Shown: positions 20,756 through 30,214 of the stretch, piece after piece
Layout: each line of letters starts with the position of its first letter
Position numbering within the stretch: the stretch's first letter is position 1
Origin: Candidatus Multivoradales bacterium
Lineage (GTDB): Bacteria; Acidobacteriota; Thermoanaerobaculia; Multivoradales; JAHEKO01
NCBI GenBank assembly: GCA_965223155.1
Contig: CBDCVR010000014.1
Location: 512,001-576,000, forward strand
Length of the DNA: 64,000 bases
Direction: 5' to 3'
Notes under the pieces: generated by a model
Databases searched by the model: none
Told to the model about the DNA's origin: nothing
The model's input: the letters and a program-made list of their open reading frames with translations, nothing else
Translations under genes and position numbers: made by a program

Positions 20756-20925
20756 CCCGCGCAGACGCGGCCGCGCCCCGCCCACCGGCGGGGGTATACA
20801 CTCTGAGGGTTCCATCATCTGGGCCGAGCCTCTGGCGTTGTGCCGCGACGGCTCCGGCCAGCGCCCCAACCGCGCCGGAGCCACATGGCCACGGTGCCGG
20901 TAGACACCCCTCGGAAGGAGGTCTC

Positions 20926-21717
20926 ATGTCCCGAAATTTCCGACGAATCTTCATGCTCGCCACGCTTTCGATCGCTCTGTGCGCGACCGTAGCGGTCGCC
21001 CAGATCGAGTTTGCACCCTACGTCACTGTCCACTATGACGTCGTTGACCCCGGAGACTCCCAACAGTACGAACAGAACGCCAAGGACTGGGTCAAGGCGT
21101 TCGCCGACGCCGAGGCCGGCGCCGACTGGACCTGGGTCGGGTACCAGAACGGTTTCACCTATGGCTGGGTCTCACCGATGCCGAACTTCGCCTACCTCGA
21201 CGCAGCCGAGGATCGCGAGAAGGCGATGGTCGCCATGCTCGGGGAGGAGTCGGCAACCAAACTGATGAGCGGCATGGGTCTCGTCCAGCGACACCACACC
21301 GAGCTGCTGAAGTACGAGCCCGATCTCAGCTACCTGCCCGAAGGCTTCACCCTGGACGGGATGCATGCGGTCAACGTGACGGTTCATACCGTAGCCCCGG
21401 GCAAGGCCAAAGACTACCGGGCGATGGTCGCCGATGTCGTCGCCGCCCTCGGTAGCGTCGATGCGCCCGTCAACTTTCTGGGCCACAGCGTGACCTTCGG
21501 ACAGGGCAGCTTCGCCTACGTGACCTGGGCCGAGAGCCGAGCCGCTCTCCACGGCGGCCCGGAAATGGGCGAGTTGCTAGCCGAGGCGGTCGGCCCCGAA
21601 AAGGCTCAGGAGCTGTACGGCCGGTTTCTCGACACTGTCGATGAGATCTCCGAGCAGGATTGGCGGATTCGCGGCGACCTGAGCTTCCAGGGAAGCCCGG
21701 CCGGCGAATCCGAGTAA
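20926..21717 (+). CDS. exported protein with two NIPSNAP-like alpha/beta repeats
   Basis: Signal peptide; two halves ending in ..PDLSY and ..GDLSF; SD AAGGAGG. Confidence 0.7.
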   Translation: MSRNFRRIFMLATLSIALCATVAVAQIEFAPYVTVHYDVVDPGDSQQYEQNAKDWVKAFADAEAGADWTWVGYQNGFTYGWVSPMPNFAYLDAAEDREKAMVAMLGEESATKLMSGMGLVQRHHTELLKYEPDLSYLPEGFTLDGMHAVNVTVHTVAPGKAKDYRAMVADVVAALGSVDAPVNFLGHSVTFGQGSFAYVTWAESRAALHGGPEMGELLAEAVGPEKAQELYGRFLDTVDEISEQDWRIRGDLSFQGSPAGESE

Positions 21718-21922
21718 GACCGAGCCTGGTATCTGAGGCCGGTCGCCAAGAGGCCGAGAGGCCGGGAGGCCGGACGCCAGCTCGTCCGGGCCCCTGGTCC
21801 CCCGGTCCTCACGATCGCGCCGTGTCGCACCGCCATGGGCCCTTGCGGCACGATACTTTGTGTAACTAGGTTTTTTGTGCTACTATGCGTTTGTCGAGAC
21901 CAACTAACTCTCGAAAGAAGCC

Positions 21923-22270
21923 ATGCCTAGCCTAGACAGAGAGCTCCGACGCGGCACCCTCGAGATGCTGCTATTGACGCTCCTCGGGGAGCGCACAACC
22001 TATGGCTATGACCTGGTCAGCCGTCTCAGCGAGCTCACCGAAGGCGCCTTCGAGATCAAGGAAGGCACGCTCTATCCGGTTCTCTACCGGCTCGAGCAAG
22101 CGGGAGCCGTCGAGCCCGAATGGCGCCAGCCCGAGCGCGGCGTTCCCCGCAAGTACTACCGCATTACCGAGGCCGGCCGGATCCGGTCGGAAGAGCTCCG
22201 CGATGCCTGGCGAAGCTTCGTTGCCTCGGTGGACCGCATCGTGTCGTCAACTTTCGAGGAGACATCATGA
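21923..22270 (+). CDS. PadR family transcriptional regulator
   Basis: YGY, EGTLYPVLYRLE, RKYYRITEAG. Confidence 0.93.
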   Translation: MPSLDRELRRGTLEMLLLTLLGERTTYGYDLVSRLSELTEGAFEIKEGTLYPVLYRLEQAGAVEPEWRQPERGVPRKYYRITEAGRIRSEELRDAWRSFVASVDRIVSSTFEETS

Positions 22271-22989
22271 GCATTCGCGATCGCTACATCCAAACCGTCC
22301 GCGATCAGGTTCTGGCCAGCTCGAGTGAATGGGCCGAGCTCGAAGCGGAGCTTCGGTCGCACTTCGCCGCCGGGAAAGAGGCCGGACGCGCAGACGCCCA
22401 AACCGTCGATCGCCTCGGCTCTGCCGAAGAATTCGCCACCTCGTTCATGGCCGAGCGCCAGTTGCGCTACGGCGGCTTCTGGATCCGGGCGCTCGCCTTC
22501 GGCGCCGATGTCGGAGTGCTGCTGGCGGCCACCCTGCCATTCCTAGCGATCCTGGTTCCCCTAGGTGAGCGACTGGAGCGCGGCGGCTGGTCGGCGACCC
22601 TGCCGCTCATTCCGTTCGTCCTGGGGCTCCTGGGTATCGTCGGCCTTTGGATCATCTATTTCCCCCTCTGCGAGGCCCGATTCGGCAAGACCCTAGGCAA
22701 GCACCTCCTGGGACTTCGCGCGGTGCAAGAATCCGGGATCAGCCTGACCGCCGGCAAGGCGCTTCTGCGCCGTCTTCCCCTCTATCTCGACATCTTTGCC
22801 ATTGACGCGCTGGTGGCTCCTTTTACCAAGAAGAAGCAACGCGCCTTCGACCTGGTCGCCAAGACCGTCGTCGTGCACGAACCCGGGGCCTCATCCGGCG
22901 CCATCGGGTATCTCCTGGCCATCCTCTGCATTCTGATTCCGGTCGGGGCCTTCGTCGCCGTGGCTTGCGGCACCTCCCTTCTGAGCTAG
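22267..22989 (+). CDS. RDD family membrane protein with N-terminal HAAS-like domain
   Basis: ELRSH...LGSAEEFA; YGGFWIRALAFGAD, GKTLGK, QRAFDLVAKTVVV; ATGA overlap with PadR. Confidence 0.85.
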   Translation: MSIRDRYIQTVRDQVLASSSEWAELEAELRSHFAAGKEAGRADAQTVDRLGSAEEFATSFMAERQLRYGGFWIRALAFGADVGVLLAATLPFLAILVPLGERLERGGWSATLPLIPFVLGLLGIVGLWIIYFPLCEARFGKTLGKHLLGLRAVQESGISLTAGKALLRRLPLYLDIFAIDALVAPFTKKKQRAFDLVAKTVVVHEPGASSGAIGYLLAILCILIPVGAFVAVACGTSLLS

Positions 22990-23017
22990 CGGCAAGGGGT
23001 CGCGGTGTGAGAGTTCT

Positions 23018-23536
23018 TCAGCAAGCTCCTAGCAGGAACCGGGCGAGCTCCTTGCCGTCCGATCCCGGACAGCGGCCGGCAGGGCGCATGCCGATCTTCT
23101 CGAGGATTCGAAGCGAGGCAGCGTTCTCTGGGTCGGCGACCGCCAGGATCCTCTCGAGACCGAGCGTCTCGCGGCCCCAATCCAGGACGGCGGCGGCGGC
23201 TTCCGTGCCATAGCCTCGGCCGCTACTCGACTCCAAGAGCGCGAATCCGATCTCCACGTCCTTCTGGCCTGCCCGGGTCAGAAACCCGCAAATCCCGATC
23301 GGCACCGGGTCCCTGCCGATGTCCTTGACCAGAACACACAGCAACCCAAAACCGTTCCGCTCGTAACTGGCTAGCGGACCTTCGGTCAGGTAGCGGCGCG
23401 CGCCGCTCAGATCGCGTACCCCCTTGTCACCCACGAACTCGAGAAAGCCGGGCTCGTTGAGCAAGGCCAGGATCATCGCCGCATCGTCAAGGGTCAGCTC
23501 GCGCAGCACGAGGCGGTCTGTTTCGAGAACCGGCAT
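23018..23536 (-). CDS. GNAT N-acetyltransferase (RimJ/RimL-like)
   Basis: LETDRLVLR, EIGF, GRGYGTEA, NAASLRILEKIGM. Confidence 0.9.
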   Translation of the reverse strand: MPVLETDRLVLRELTLDDAAMILALLNEPGFLEFVGDKGVRDLSGARRYLTEGPLASYERNGFGLLCVLVKDIGRDPVPIGICGFLTRAGQKDVEIGFALLESSSGRGYGTEAAAAVLDWGRETLGLERILAVADPENAASLRILEKIGMRPAGRCPGSDGKELARFLLGAC

Positions 23537-23584
23537 GGCGGCTATTGTCGCGCACTCGCCCATGGCGCGAACTAAGATTGACCC

Positions 23585-24088
23585 ATGACGGACTCGGGTT
23601 CAGACGGCCCAGATATCACTGCCGACGCCGACGCCGCCCGCGTCCGGCTGCCGCCGCCCGCCGTCTTCATCACCGCCCTCGCGACAGCGGTTCTGCTTCA
23701 GCGCTTCGTCCTCCAGCTGCCACTCGGCCTGCCTCGGACCTGGCGCCTCGCGGTGGCGCTGGCGGCGGCACTCTTCGGGCTTGGTCTCATGGCGCTCGCG
23801 GCCCTGGCCTTCCGGAGAACCGGTCAGGATCCGCGTCCGTGGAAGCCAACGCCCGAGTTGCTGCGCCGGGGCGTCTATAGTCGCACCCGGAATCCGATGT
23901 ATGCGGGCATGGCTTTGCTCCTGGCCGGAGCCGGTCTCAAGCTTGACAACGGCTGGGCGCTGCTCTTCTTGCCACTGATCCTCTATACCCTGTACCGTAC
24001 CGCCATCCGGCCCGAAGAAGAGTACTTGGAACGCAAGTTCGGCGACGCCTACCGGAGCTACAAGCAGGCCACGCGGCGCTGGATCTGA
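23585..24088 (+). CDS. isoprenylcysteine carboxylmethyltransferase/PEMT family membrane protein
   Basis: GVYSRTRNPMY, EEEYLERKFG.Y..Y....RRWI. Confidence 0.9.
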   Translation: MTDSGSDGPDITADADAARVRLPPPAVFITALATAVLLQRFVLQLPLGLPRTWRLAVALAAALFGLGLMALAALAFRRTGQDPRPWKPTPELLRRGVYSRTRNPMYAGMALLLAGAGLKLDNGWALLFLPLILYTLYRTAIRPEEEYLERKFGDAYRSYKQATRRWI

Positions 24089-24168
24089 GCCCAGCTCCAC
24101 CCGCTCCACGGGAGCCAGGCGAACCGGCGCGAAGTGTTTGGAGCTTGGCGGCGGCTCAGCGGTCAGAG

Positions 24169-24768
24169 CTAGTAGATGGAGCCGTGCGCCAGGCGCAGGA
24201 AGTTCCGGCATGCCTGGCAGAAACCGAGACCGCGAGCGTCGATCACCGAGCGCCGGTAGCTGCGCTCTCCATGACGGTTGTAATCGCCCTTCGACATCGG
24301 GCAATACCCCGAGGCGCTCTCGGCCCGCTCGAACGAGTAGTGATGAAGCAAGCCGAAGTTGTGCCCCAGCTCGTGCAACGCCACCTTGAGAACCCGCGTC
24401 AGGAAGTGTCTCGGGTCCTCACTCCCGATTCTCCGGGTCGAGACCAGGGCGACGTCGTTGCGGTTGTCTTTGCACCCGAACATGAAGCGGAAGAAGTCGC
24501 TTGCCGACTCGTCCAAGAGATCGATGTCGGTAATCCCCAGGATGTGGCCGCCGACTTCGGCATCCAGCGCCTGGGTCAGGAGATCCGCCTCGATCGAACC
24601 CACGGGCGGCGGGTCGTGATCGACGAGCTCGACGGCCTCGAGCGTTCCCTCGAGGGCCTCTCCGATACGTGTCGCCATCGCCTCGAGCTCGACCTTTCGC
24701 ACCGGGCGCCCCAACCGCACGAGCTTGAGGCTCGCCAGGCGATTCGGACGCTTGGGACGCTCGGGCAT
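24169..24768 (-). CDS. archaemetzincin-like (peptidase M54) zinc protease
   Basis: LGITDIDL, FMFG, KVALHELGHNFGLLH, CPM, FCQAC. Confidence 0.85.
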   Translation of the reverse strand: MPERPKRPNRLASLKLVRLGRPVRKVELEAMATRIGEALEGTLEAVELVDHDPPPVGSIEADLLTQALDAEVGGHILGITDIDLLDESASDFFRFMFGCKDNRNDVALVSTRRIGSEDPRHFLTRVLKVALHELGHNFGLLHHYSFERAESASGYCPMSKGDYNRHGERSYRRSVIDARGLGFCQACRNFLRLAHGSIY

Positions 24769-24843
24769 CGTGTTGCCGGCACGCTAGCGCACGCTCGGCG
24801 CCCGGCCAAGTCAGCAGCAGACGCGGCGTGCGAGTGCCATCAG

Positions 24844-25422
24844 CTACTCGGCCCACGAGCGCTCCTGCCACTCCCGGGCAAGCAGCCCGAGGAACACGGA
24901 GTCGGCGGCGCCGTCCGGTTCCTGCCATCGTTCCCGCAGGTATCCCTCCCGCTGAAATCCCAAGCGCTCGAGAAGAGCCAGCGAGGCGACGTTTCGGGGA
25001 TCCACATCGGCCTCCAGACGGTGGAGGTCCAGCCCGACGAAGGCGAACTCGAGGAGCGCGGTCAGCGCGTCGCGCATCAGACCCTGTCCCCAATGGTCCC
25101 GATGAAGCGCGAATCCGATCTCGCTTCGGCGATTCCCGGCGTCGAGCTGCCACAGCGTACAGGTGCCGATCACTCGCTCTTCCCGGGGCAGCGTCACCCC
25201 CCATTGCAGAAAGGTCCCGGTCTCCAAGCCTCGCTGGATCTTGGCGATCTGGCGTCGAGCGGCGGCGCGGTCCGTCAACCCAGGGCCGCCCCAGTACCGG
25301 GTGACGTCCGGGTTCGAGAAGATCGCGACCAGGGCGTCGGCGTCGCTGTCAGCGAGCTCGCGCAACACGACGCGCCGGCCTCGAATTCGCGGCAGCACAC
25401 TGTCAGGGAACCAGTCCGGCAT
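24844..25422 (-). CDS. GNAT N-acetyltransferase (RimJ/RimL-like)
   Basis: EIGFAL...WGQGLM, LHRLEADVDPRNVASLALLERLGF.REG.LRE. Confidence 0.9.
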   Translation of the reverse strand: MPDWFPDSVLPRIRGRRVVLRELADSDADALVAIFSNPDVTRYWGGPGLTDRAAARRQIAKIQRGLETGTFLQWGVTLPREERVIGTCTLWQLDAGNRRSEIGFALHRDHWGQGLMRDALTALLEFAFVGLDLHRLEADVDPRNVASLALLERLGFQREGYLRERWQEPDGAADSVFLGLLAREWQERSWAE

Positions 25423-25432
25423 CACCAGGACC

Positions 25433-26014
25433 TCAGCCTTCGAACGGCGCGGACGCGACCAGGCGGACGAGGGCTTCGAGGGTCGGCCCCAGAGCCGACG
25501 AGACCTCCGGGTCGGCAAGGCCGAACCAGCGCGCCTCGAGCTCGGGCTCCTCAACCTTCCGGTCCCCCGTACCCACCCGAAACACGAGCCTCAGATCCAG
25601 ATGGAGGTGCTCCGGCTCCGGGCCCCAGGCGGGAATCCGGTGTACGTCGAGACCCAGCGGGACGGCGGTCTCCGGGTCCAGGCGCATCCCGGTCTCCTCG
25701 GCGACCTCCCTTGCCGCCGCCGCGGCCACCGTGCGGTCGGACGTCTCGAAATGCCCGCCGGGTTGGAGCCAGGCCTCCAGCTTCCGGTGCCGGATCAAGA
25801 GCGTCCGTTCGAGGCTCCAGTCCAGCACCACCCCGCTGGCGGTGAAATGGCCCGGCTGGAACCACGACCGCTCCCAGCAGCGAGGGAGCCCGGCCAGCCG
25901 CCGCAGCTCGTCGGCATCGGTGAGGGCACCGAAGCAGTGACCGTCTGCTACCAGCTCGGCGACCAGCCGGCGTATGGCCTCGACCGGACCCGGAGATCCC
26001 CCTCGCGTCGCCAT
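25433..26014 (-). CDS. NUDIX hydrolase
   Basis: GHFTAS, WLQPGGHFE..D......AAREVAEETG, HLHLDLR. Confidence 0.9.
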   Translation of the reverse strand: MATRGGSPGPVEAIRRLVAELVADGHCFGALTDADELRRLAGLPRCWERSWFQPGHFTASGVVLDWSLERTLLIRHRKLEAWLQPGGHFETSDRTVAAAAAREVAEETGMRLDPETAVPLGLDVHRIPAWGPEPEHLHLDLRLVFRVGTGDRKVEEPELEARWFGLADPEVSSALGPTLEALVRLVASAPFEG

Positions 26015-26030
26015 CCGATGCGCTCTGTCC

Positions 26031-26080
26031 TAATCGGGCCTAGTTGGACCTAGTCGGGCCTGGTCGGGCCTAGTCAGGCT
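26031..26080. repeat. degenerate 10-bp tandem repeat (x5) at the peroxiredoxin stop
   Basis: taatcgggcc tagttggacc tagtcgggcc tggtcgggcc tagtcaggct. Confidence 0.75.
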
Positions 26081-26729
26081 GCGGCACGACCCGGATGTAC
26101 GGCAACGGCTGCTGCCAGCCTTCCGGATACCGCTCTTTGGCTTCCTCGTCGGACACCGAAGGCAGGATGATGACGTCATCGCCGTCTTCCCAATTGGCCG
26201 GAGTCGCCACTTGCCTTGCGGCAGTGAGCTGGCAGCTGTCCAGAAGCCGGAGGATCTCGGCGAAGTTGCGGCCGGTGCTCATGGGGTACGTCAGCGTGGC
26301 CTTGATCTTCTTGTCCGGACCGATCACGAAGACCGAGCGCGCCGTGGCGTTGTCCATCGCCGTGCGCCCGGCGCAGCTATCCCCAGCGTCCGCCGGAAGC
26401 ATGTCGTAGAGCCGAACCACCTCGAGCTCGGGGTCGCCGATGAGCGGGTAGTTGAGCGCGTGACCCTGCGACGCCTCGATGTCCTTGGACCAGGCCTGGT
26501 GATCCGCGACCCCGTCCACACTGATTCCCAGTACCTTGCAATTGCGCTTCTCGAACTCGGGCTTGAGGCTGGCGACGGCGCCGAGCTCGGTCGTGCAGAC
26601 CGGAGTGAAGTCCTTCGGATGGGAGAAGAGGATCGCCCAGCCGGCTCCTATCCAGTCATGAAACCTCACGGTCCCCTCGGTGGTCTCGGCGGTGAAGTCG
26701 GGTGCCGTGTCATTGATCCGCAGGGTCAC
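26070..26729 (-). CDS. 1-Cys peroxiredoxin (Prx6)
   Basis: FSHPKDFTPVCTTELG, YPMSTGRNFAEILR, ATPANW. Confidence 0.95.
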   Translation of the reverse strand: MTLRINDTAPDFTAETTEGTVRFHDWIGAGWAILFSHPKDFTPVCTTELGAVASLKPEFEKRNCKVLGISVDGVADHQAWSKDIEASQGHALNYPLIGDPELEVVRLYDMLPADAGDSCAGRTAMDNATARSVFVIGPDKKIKATLTYPMSTGRNFAEILRLLDSCQLTAARQVATPANWEDGDDVIILPSVSDEEAKERYPEGWQQPLPYIRVVPQPD

Positions 26730-26779
26730 TGGCTCATCTTTTCTGAAGTTCCTTCGTAAGCTCAGTCTACCGAGGCGAA

Positions 26780-27988
26780 CTACAAGACGCTACCGGGCTC
26801 GGCGTCCACCGCATCCGCGAGACGCTCGAAATCCTCCATCTCGTTGTAGACCTGGGCACTCAGACGGCACCAGAGTCCGGCTCCCCAAAGAAACACTGGT
26901 ACCTCGATCCGATAGTGGAACAAGAGCCTGTCCCGAAGCCGCAGCGCCTCGGCCTCGGTGGCCGCGAATCGCTCCGGGAGCTCGACCGAAGCCATGGCGG
27001 CGGTCATCGACTCGGGCGCTCCGATCCGGGTCTGCCACCTCGAGGACAGCAGCCTCGCGCCCTCGAGGACCAGCTCATGGTTGTACCGCTGCACGGCCTC
27101 GAGGTCCCGATCGAGCAGGTACTCGATGCCGAACGGCGCCGCTAAGGGGGCGGAAAGATCGCGGGTCCCAGTCCAGTCGAACTCGCGGGCCAAACCCTCG
27201 TCCAGGTTCCAGGACACAACCGGGGGATGAAGCCCGTCCTGGACTTCCGGTCGTGCCCACAAAAAACCGCAGCTTCGGGGCGCACACGCCCACTTGTGGA
27301 GGTTCGCCGTGTAGTAGTCGGCGCTATAGGAAGCGACCGAGAGGGCGACCTGGCCCGGCGCGTGGGCCCCATCGATCAGGACCGCCACTCCACGCTCGCG
27401 CAGTCTTTGTACCAGCGCCTCGATCGGCAGCACCGTCCCGGTCTCCGAGACGATGTGATCCACCACCGCCAGCCGGGTCCGGCCCGTCGTCGCCGCCAGG
27501 ATCGCATCCACCACCTGGGTTCGGCTTCCGACCGGACAGGGCAAGGCGGCGACTTCGACCTCGGCGCCTGCCTCGCGGCAAGCGTGGCGGACCGCCTGGC
27601 GCACGCCGCCATAGGTCTTCTCGGTGGTCAGCACCCCGTCACCGGGCTGCAAGCCAAGGGAGCCGAGAACCGCGTTGACCCCTTCGGTGGCGTTGCCTAC
27701 GAAGACCAGATCGGATGGCTCGGCGCCGACAAACTCCGCCACGCGGGCGGCAGCCCGCCTCAGGCGGCTGGGCTGCTTCGAGACACCGAGCATGCCTGTC
27801 CCCTCGCGCAGCACGAAGCGGGACGGATTCGACTCGATCTGCCTCCGGATCCGATCCTGCTCGTCCAGGACCGCGATCGGGGCCACGCCGACGGTGCCGT
27901 GGTTGAGGTAGGCGAGCCCGGGGTCGAGCGGCCATTCGTCCCGAACGGCGCGGCCGAAGCTCGCCGCGCTTGCTCCTGCATCACCCAC
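26780..27988 (-). CDS. PLP-dependent class V aminotransferase fold (isopenicillin N epimerase / cysteine lyase-like)
   Basis: YLNHGTVG, NATEG, DGAHAPG, NLHKW, WTGTRD, RLSAQVYN; GTG 27988 lies 6 nt after TACGCT. Confidence 0.88.
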   Translation of the reverse strand: MGDAGASAASFGRAVRDEWPLDPGLAYLNHGTVGVAPIAVLDEQDRIRRQIESNPSRFVLREGTGMLGVSKQPSRLRRAAARVAEFVGAEPSDLVFVGNATEGVNAVLGSLGLQPGDGVLTTEKTYGGVRQAVRHACREAGAEVEVAALPCPVGSRTQVVDAILAATTGRTRLAVVDHIVSETGTVLPIEALVQRLRERGVAVLIDGAHAPGQVALSVASYSADYYTANLHKWACAPRSCGFLWARPEVQDGLHPPVVSWNLDEGLAREFDWTGTRDLSAPLAAPFGIEYLLDRDLEAVQRYNHELVLEGARLLSSRWQTRIGAPESMTAAMASVELPERFAATEAEALRLRDRLLFHYRIEVPVFLWGAGLWCRLSAQVYNEMEDFERLADAVDAEPGSVL

Positions 27989-28192
27989 GGCTCGAGCGTA
28001 TCGCGGGCCGAGGCTGGCCTCTTGGGTCGCGAACCTTCGGCAGAGCGCCCCGTTGGTTTTCATGTCGCTGTGCCCGTGGGGACCTCGACGCGGCGCCGGG
28101 TCACCCGGGGTGGCAGGCCCTGGCGCTGCAGACGCCCTGGGAGCTCTCGGAGCCCGCGGCCTCCCGACTCGAGCCTCGATCCGTAGTCCTGG

Positions 28193-28702
28193 CTACGGCA
28201 AATCGATCACGAAGCCCGAAAACGTGAACCGACCCACCACCTCGTCGGTCAGCTCGGCGTCCGGACACATGCGAACCTCCGCCGGCATGCCGGCTTCGCT
28301 GTACAGGCGCACCATGCTGCTCCAGCGCTGTGTGCCGAAGAAGCTTCCCGCCTTCACCACCGAATTGTCCAGGCGAGTCAGAGTGTGGAAGATGTACTCC
28401 GCTCCGTCCCAGGTCCGGATCTCGGCGTCCACCGGATCCTCGATGCCGGCGAAGATCATGCTCGAGGCCGACATCCATTCGATCACCAGGCGTTGCCCCT
28501 CCGCTACCGAATAGAGTGGTGTCCACTCGCTGCAGAATGCGGTGCCCACGATCTCCACCGTGGTCCCACCTTGGACGGCGAACTCGGCGGTTCCGCCGGC
28601 CCCCTTCTTGGCCGGTGGCTCCGCTGCTGCGGGATACGCGAGAGCGATGCCGACCAGCACCGCCATGCCAAGCACGACGCGTCGTCTCATGGATTCCTTC
28701 AT
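28193..28702 (-). CDS. exported hypothetical protein
   Basis: Signal peptide; beta-rich; SD GAGGAGG. Confidence 0.7.
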   Translation of the reverse strand: MKESMRRRVVLGMAVLVGIALAYPAAAEPPAKKGAGGTAEFAVQGGTTVEIVGTAFCSEWTPLYSVAEGQRLVIEWMSASSMIFAGIEDPVDAEIRTWDGAEYIFHTLTRLDNSVVKAGSFFGTQRWSSMVRLYSEAGMPAEVRMCPDAELTDEVVGRFTFSGFVIDLP

Positions 28703-28758
28703 CGTGTACCTCCTCGTTGGGGCTCCGGCGAGTTTCCGATCGATCCCGCCGGTCTAGT

Positions 28759-29178
28759 TCAAGAGTCCACCGCAAGCCGCCAGCGAGCGCCGCACGCCTC
28801 AGCAGCGCGCAGGATTCGATCAAGAGACTCGAGATCGATCATCACCTCCGCGCTTTCCGGCACGGCTCCCGGGTTGGCCTCGAGCAAAGCCAGAAGCGTC
28901 TCGACGGTCCTGAGGCCGGCTTTCGGCTCGAACCACGCCGTGGCTTCGATGTTGGGCAGCTCTAGCGTCTCGGTGTCCGAAGAGATCTCGGCCTCGCCCG
29001 AAAGAAATGCCGCCACGTCGTCCACGGCTTCGGAGTGGAAGCTCCACAAATCACGGACCGCGAACGAAGCGGCCAGCTCGCCCAGCCGGTCGGCGTGGCG
29101 CGCCAAGGCCTTGCCGTCCATCGACACGTCAACGTCGGTGGTCTCGGGATCGAGGACGACGAAAAGCGCTGCGCCCAT
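28759..29178 (-). CDS. hypothetical protein
   Basis: MGAALFVVLDP...DGKALAR...WFEPKAGLRTV...WRLAVD; GGGAG upstream. Confidence 0.7.
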   Translation of the reverse strand: MGAALFVVLDPETTDVDVSMDGKALARHADRLGELAASFAVRDLWSFHSEAVDDVAAFLSGEAEISSDTETLELPNIEATAWFEPKAGLRTVETLLALLEANPGAVPESAEVMIDLESLDRILRAAEACGARWRLAVDS

Positions 29179-29366
29179 GAAGGCTCCCAAAGAATCGCCG
29201 CGGGCGAAGCCGGGTCGCCGCACGGCAGACAATCGGAGTGAATCAGCTTCCATCGTACGTGGTGCCGCGGTCCGGAGCAACCGGACCGGCACCCAAGAAC
29301 TTCGTAATGTAAACTCCTACGCCCTGCTCTACGAAACCACGAGACTGTAAGGAGGTATTCGAAACC

Positions 29367-30143
29367 ATGAGCGAAGACAAGAAGAGCCTTTGGGAAAAGA
29401 CCAAGGATCTAGCCGGCGACGCGGCCGATCTGGCGGGCGACGTCGCCGAGGCGGCGGCGGACAAGGCTGGCGACGCCGTTGACGCGGTCGTCGACACCGC
29501 CGGAGACGTCAAGGACGCCGCCGTCGATATGGCTTCCACGGCCGTCGACAAGGCGGGTGACGCCGTCGGCGCGGTTGCTGACAAGGCCGGAGACATCAAA
29601 GACGCAGCCGTCGGCATGGTGGCGTCGGCGGTGGACACGGCCGACGACGCTGTGGACGCCGTCGCCGACACCGCGGGCGATGCGGTCGATGCCGCCGTGG
29701 ACACGGCCGGAGACGCCGTGGACGCCGTCGCCGAAACGGCGGGCGACGTCAAGGACGCCACCGTGGACGTGGCCTCCGCCGCTGCCGACAAGGCCGGTGA
29801 CGCGGTGGACGCGGTCGCCGACACCGCAGGCGAGGTCAAGGACGCGGCCGTCGATGTTGCCTCGGCGGCTGTCGACAAGGCCGGTGATGCGGTCGAGGCC
29901 GTCGCCGACACCGCCGTAGCGGCCAAGGACGCGGTCGTCGATGTTGCCTCAGCGGCTGTCGACAAGGCCGGTGATGCGGTCGAAGCCGTCGCCGACACCA
30001 CGGTAGCGGCCAAGGACGCGGTGGTCGAAACCGCCGCCGACGCCGTCGACGCGGCGGGTGACATGGCGGAAGCCGCCGGTGACAAGGTCGCCGAGCTGGC
30101 CGATGACGCCGCGGACGCGATCAGCGGCGACTCGGACGCCTAG
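29367..30143 (+). CDS. Ala/Asp/Val-rich repeat protein (LEA/apolipoprotein-like amphipathic helix)
   Basis: SD AAGGAGG; ~29-aa repeats AVDKAGDAVDAVADTAGDVKDAAVDVASA; own terminator. Confidence 0.85.
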   Translation: MSEDKKSLWEKTKDLAGDAADLAGDVAEAAADKAGDAVDAVVDTAGDVKDAAVDMASTAVDKAGDAVGAVADKAGDIKDAAVGMVASAVDTADDAVDAVADTAGDAVDAAVDTAGDAVDAVAETAGDVKDATVDVASAAADKAGDAVDAVADTAGEVKDAAVDVASAAVDKAGDAVEAVADTAVAAKDAVVDVASAAVDKAGDAVEAVADTTVAAKDAVVETAADAVDAAGDMAEAAGDKVAELADDAADAISGDSDA

Positions 30144-30164
30144 GCGGAAAATTCCGGTTTCTCT

Positions 30165-30198
30165 GAGAGCGGCCCTCCCACGGGGGCCGCTCTCTTCT
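30165..30198. terminator. hairpin terminator between convergent genes
   Basis: GAGAGCGGCCCTC-ccac-GGGGGCCGCTCTC-ttct. Confidence 0.75.
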
Positions 30199-30214
30199 CA
30201 GCCTCGCTTCCCAC

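Noticed and set aside
29243-30085. Ser/Thr/Ala repeat ORF on the minus strand
   Set aside because: Antisense of the repeat protein; the plus strand has the SD and terminator.
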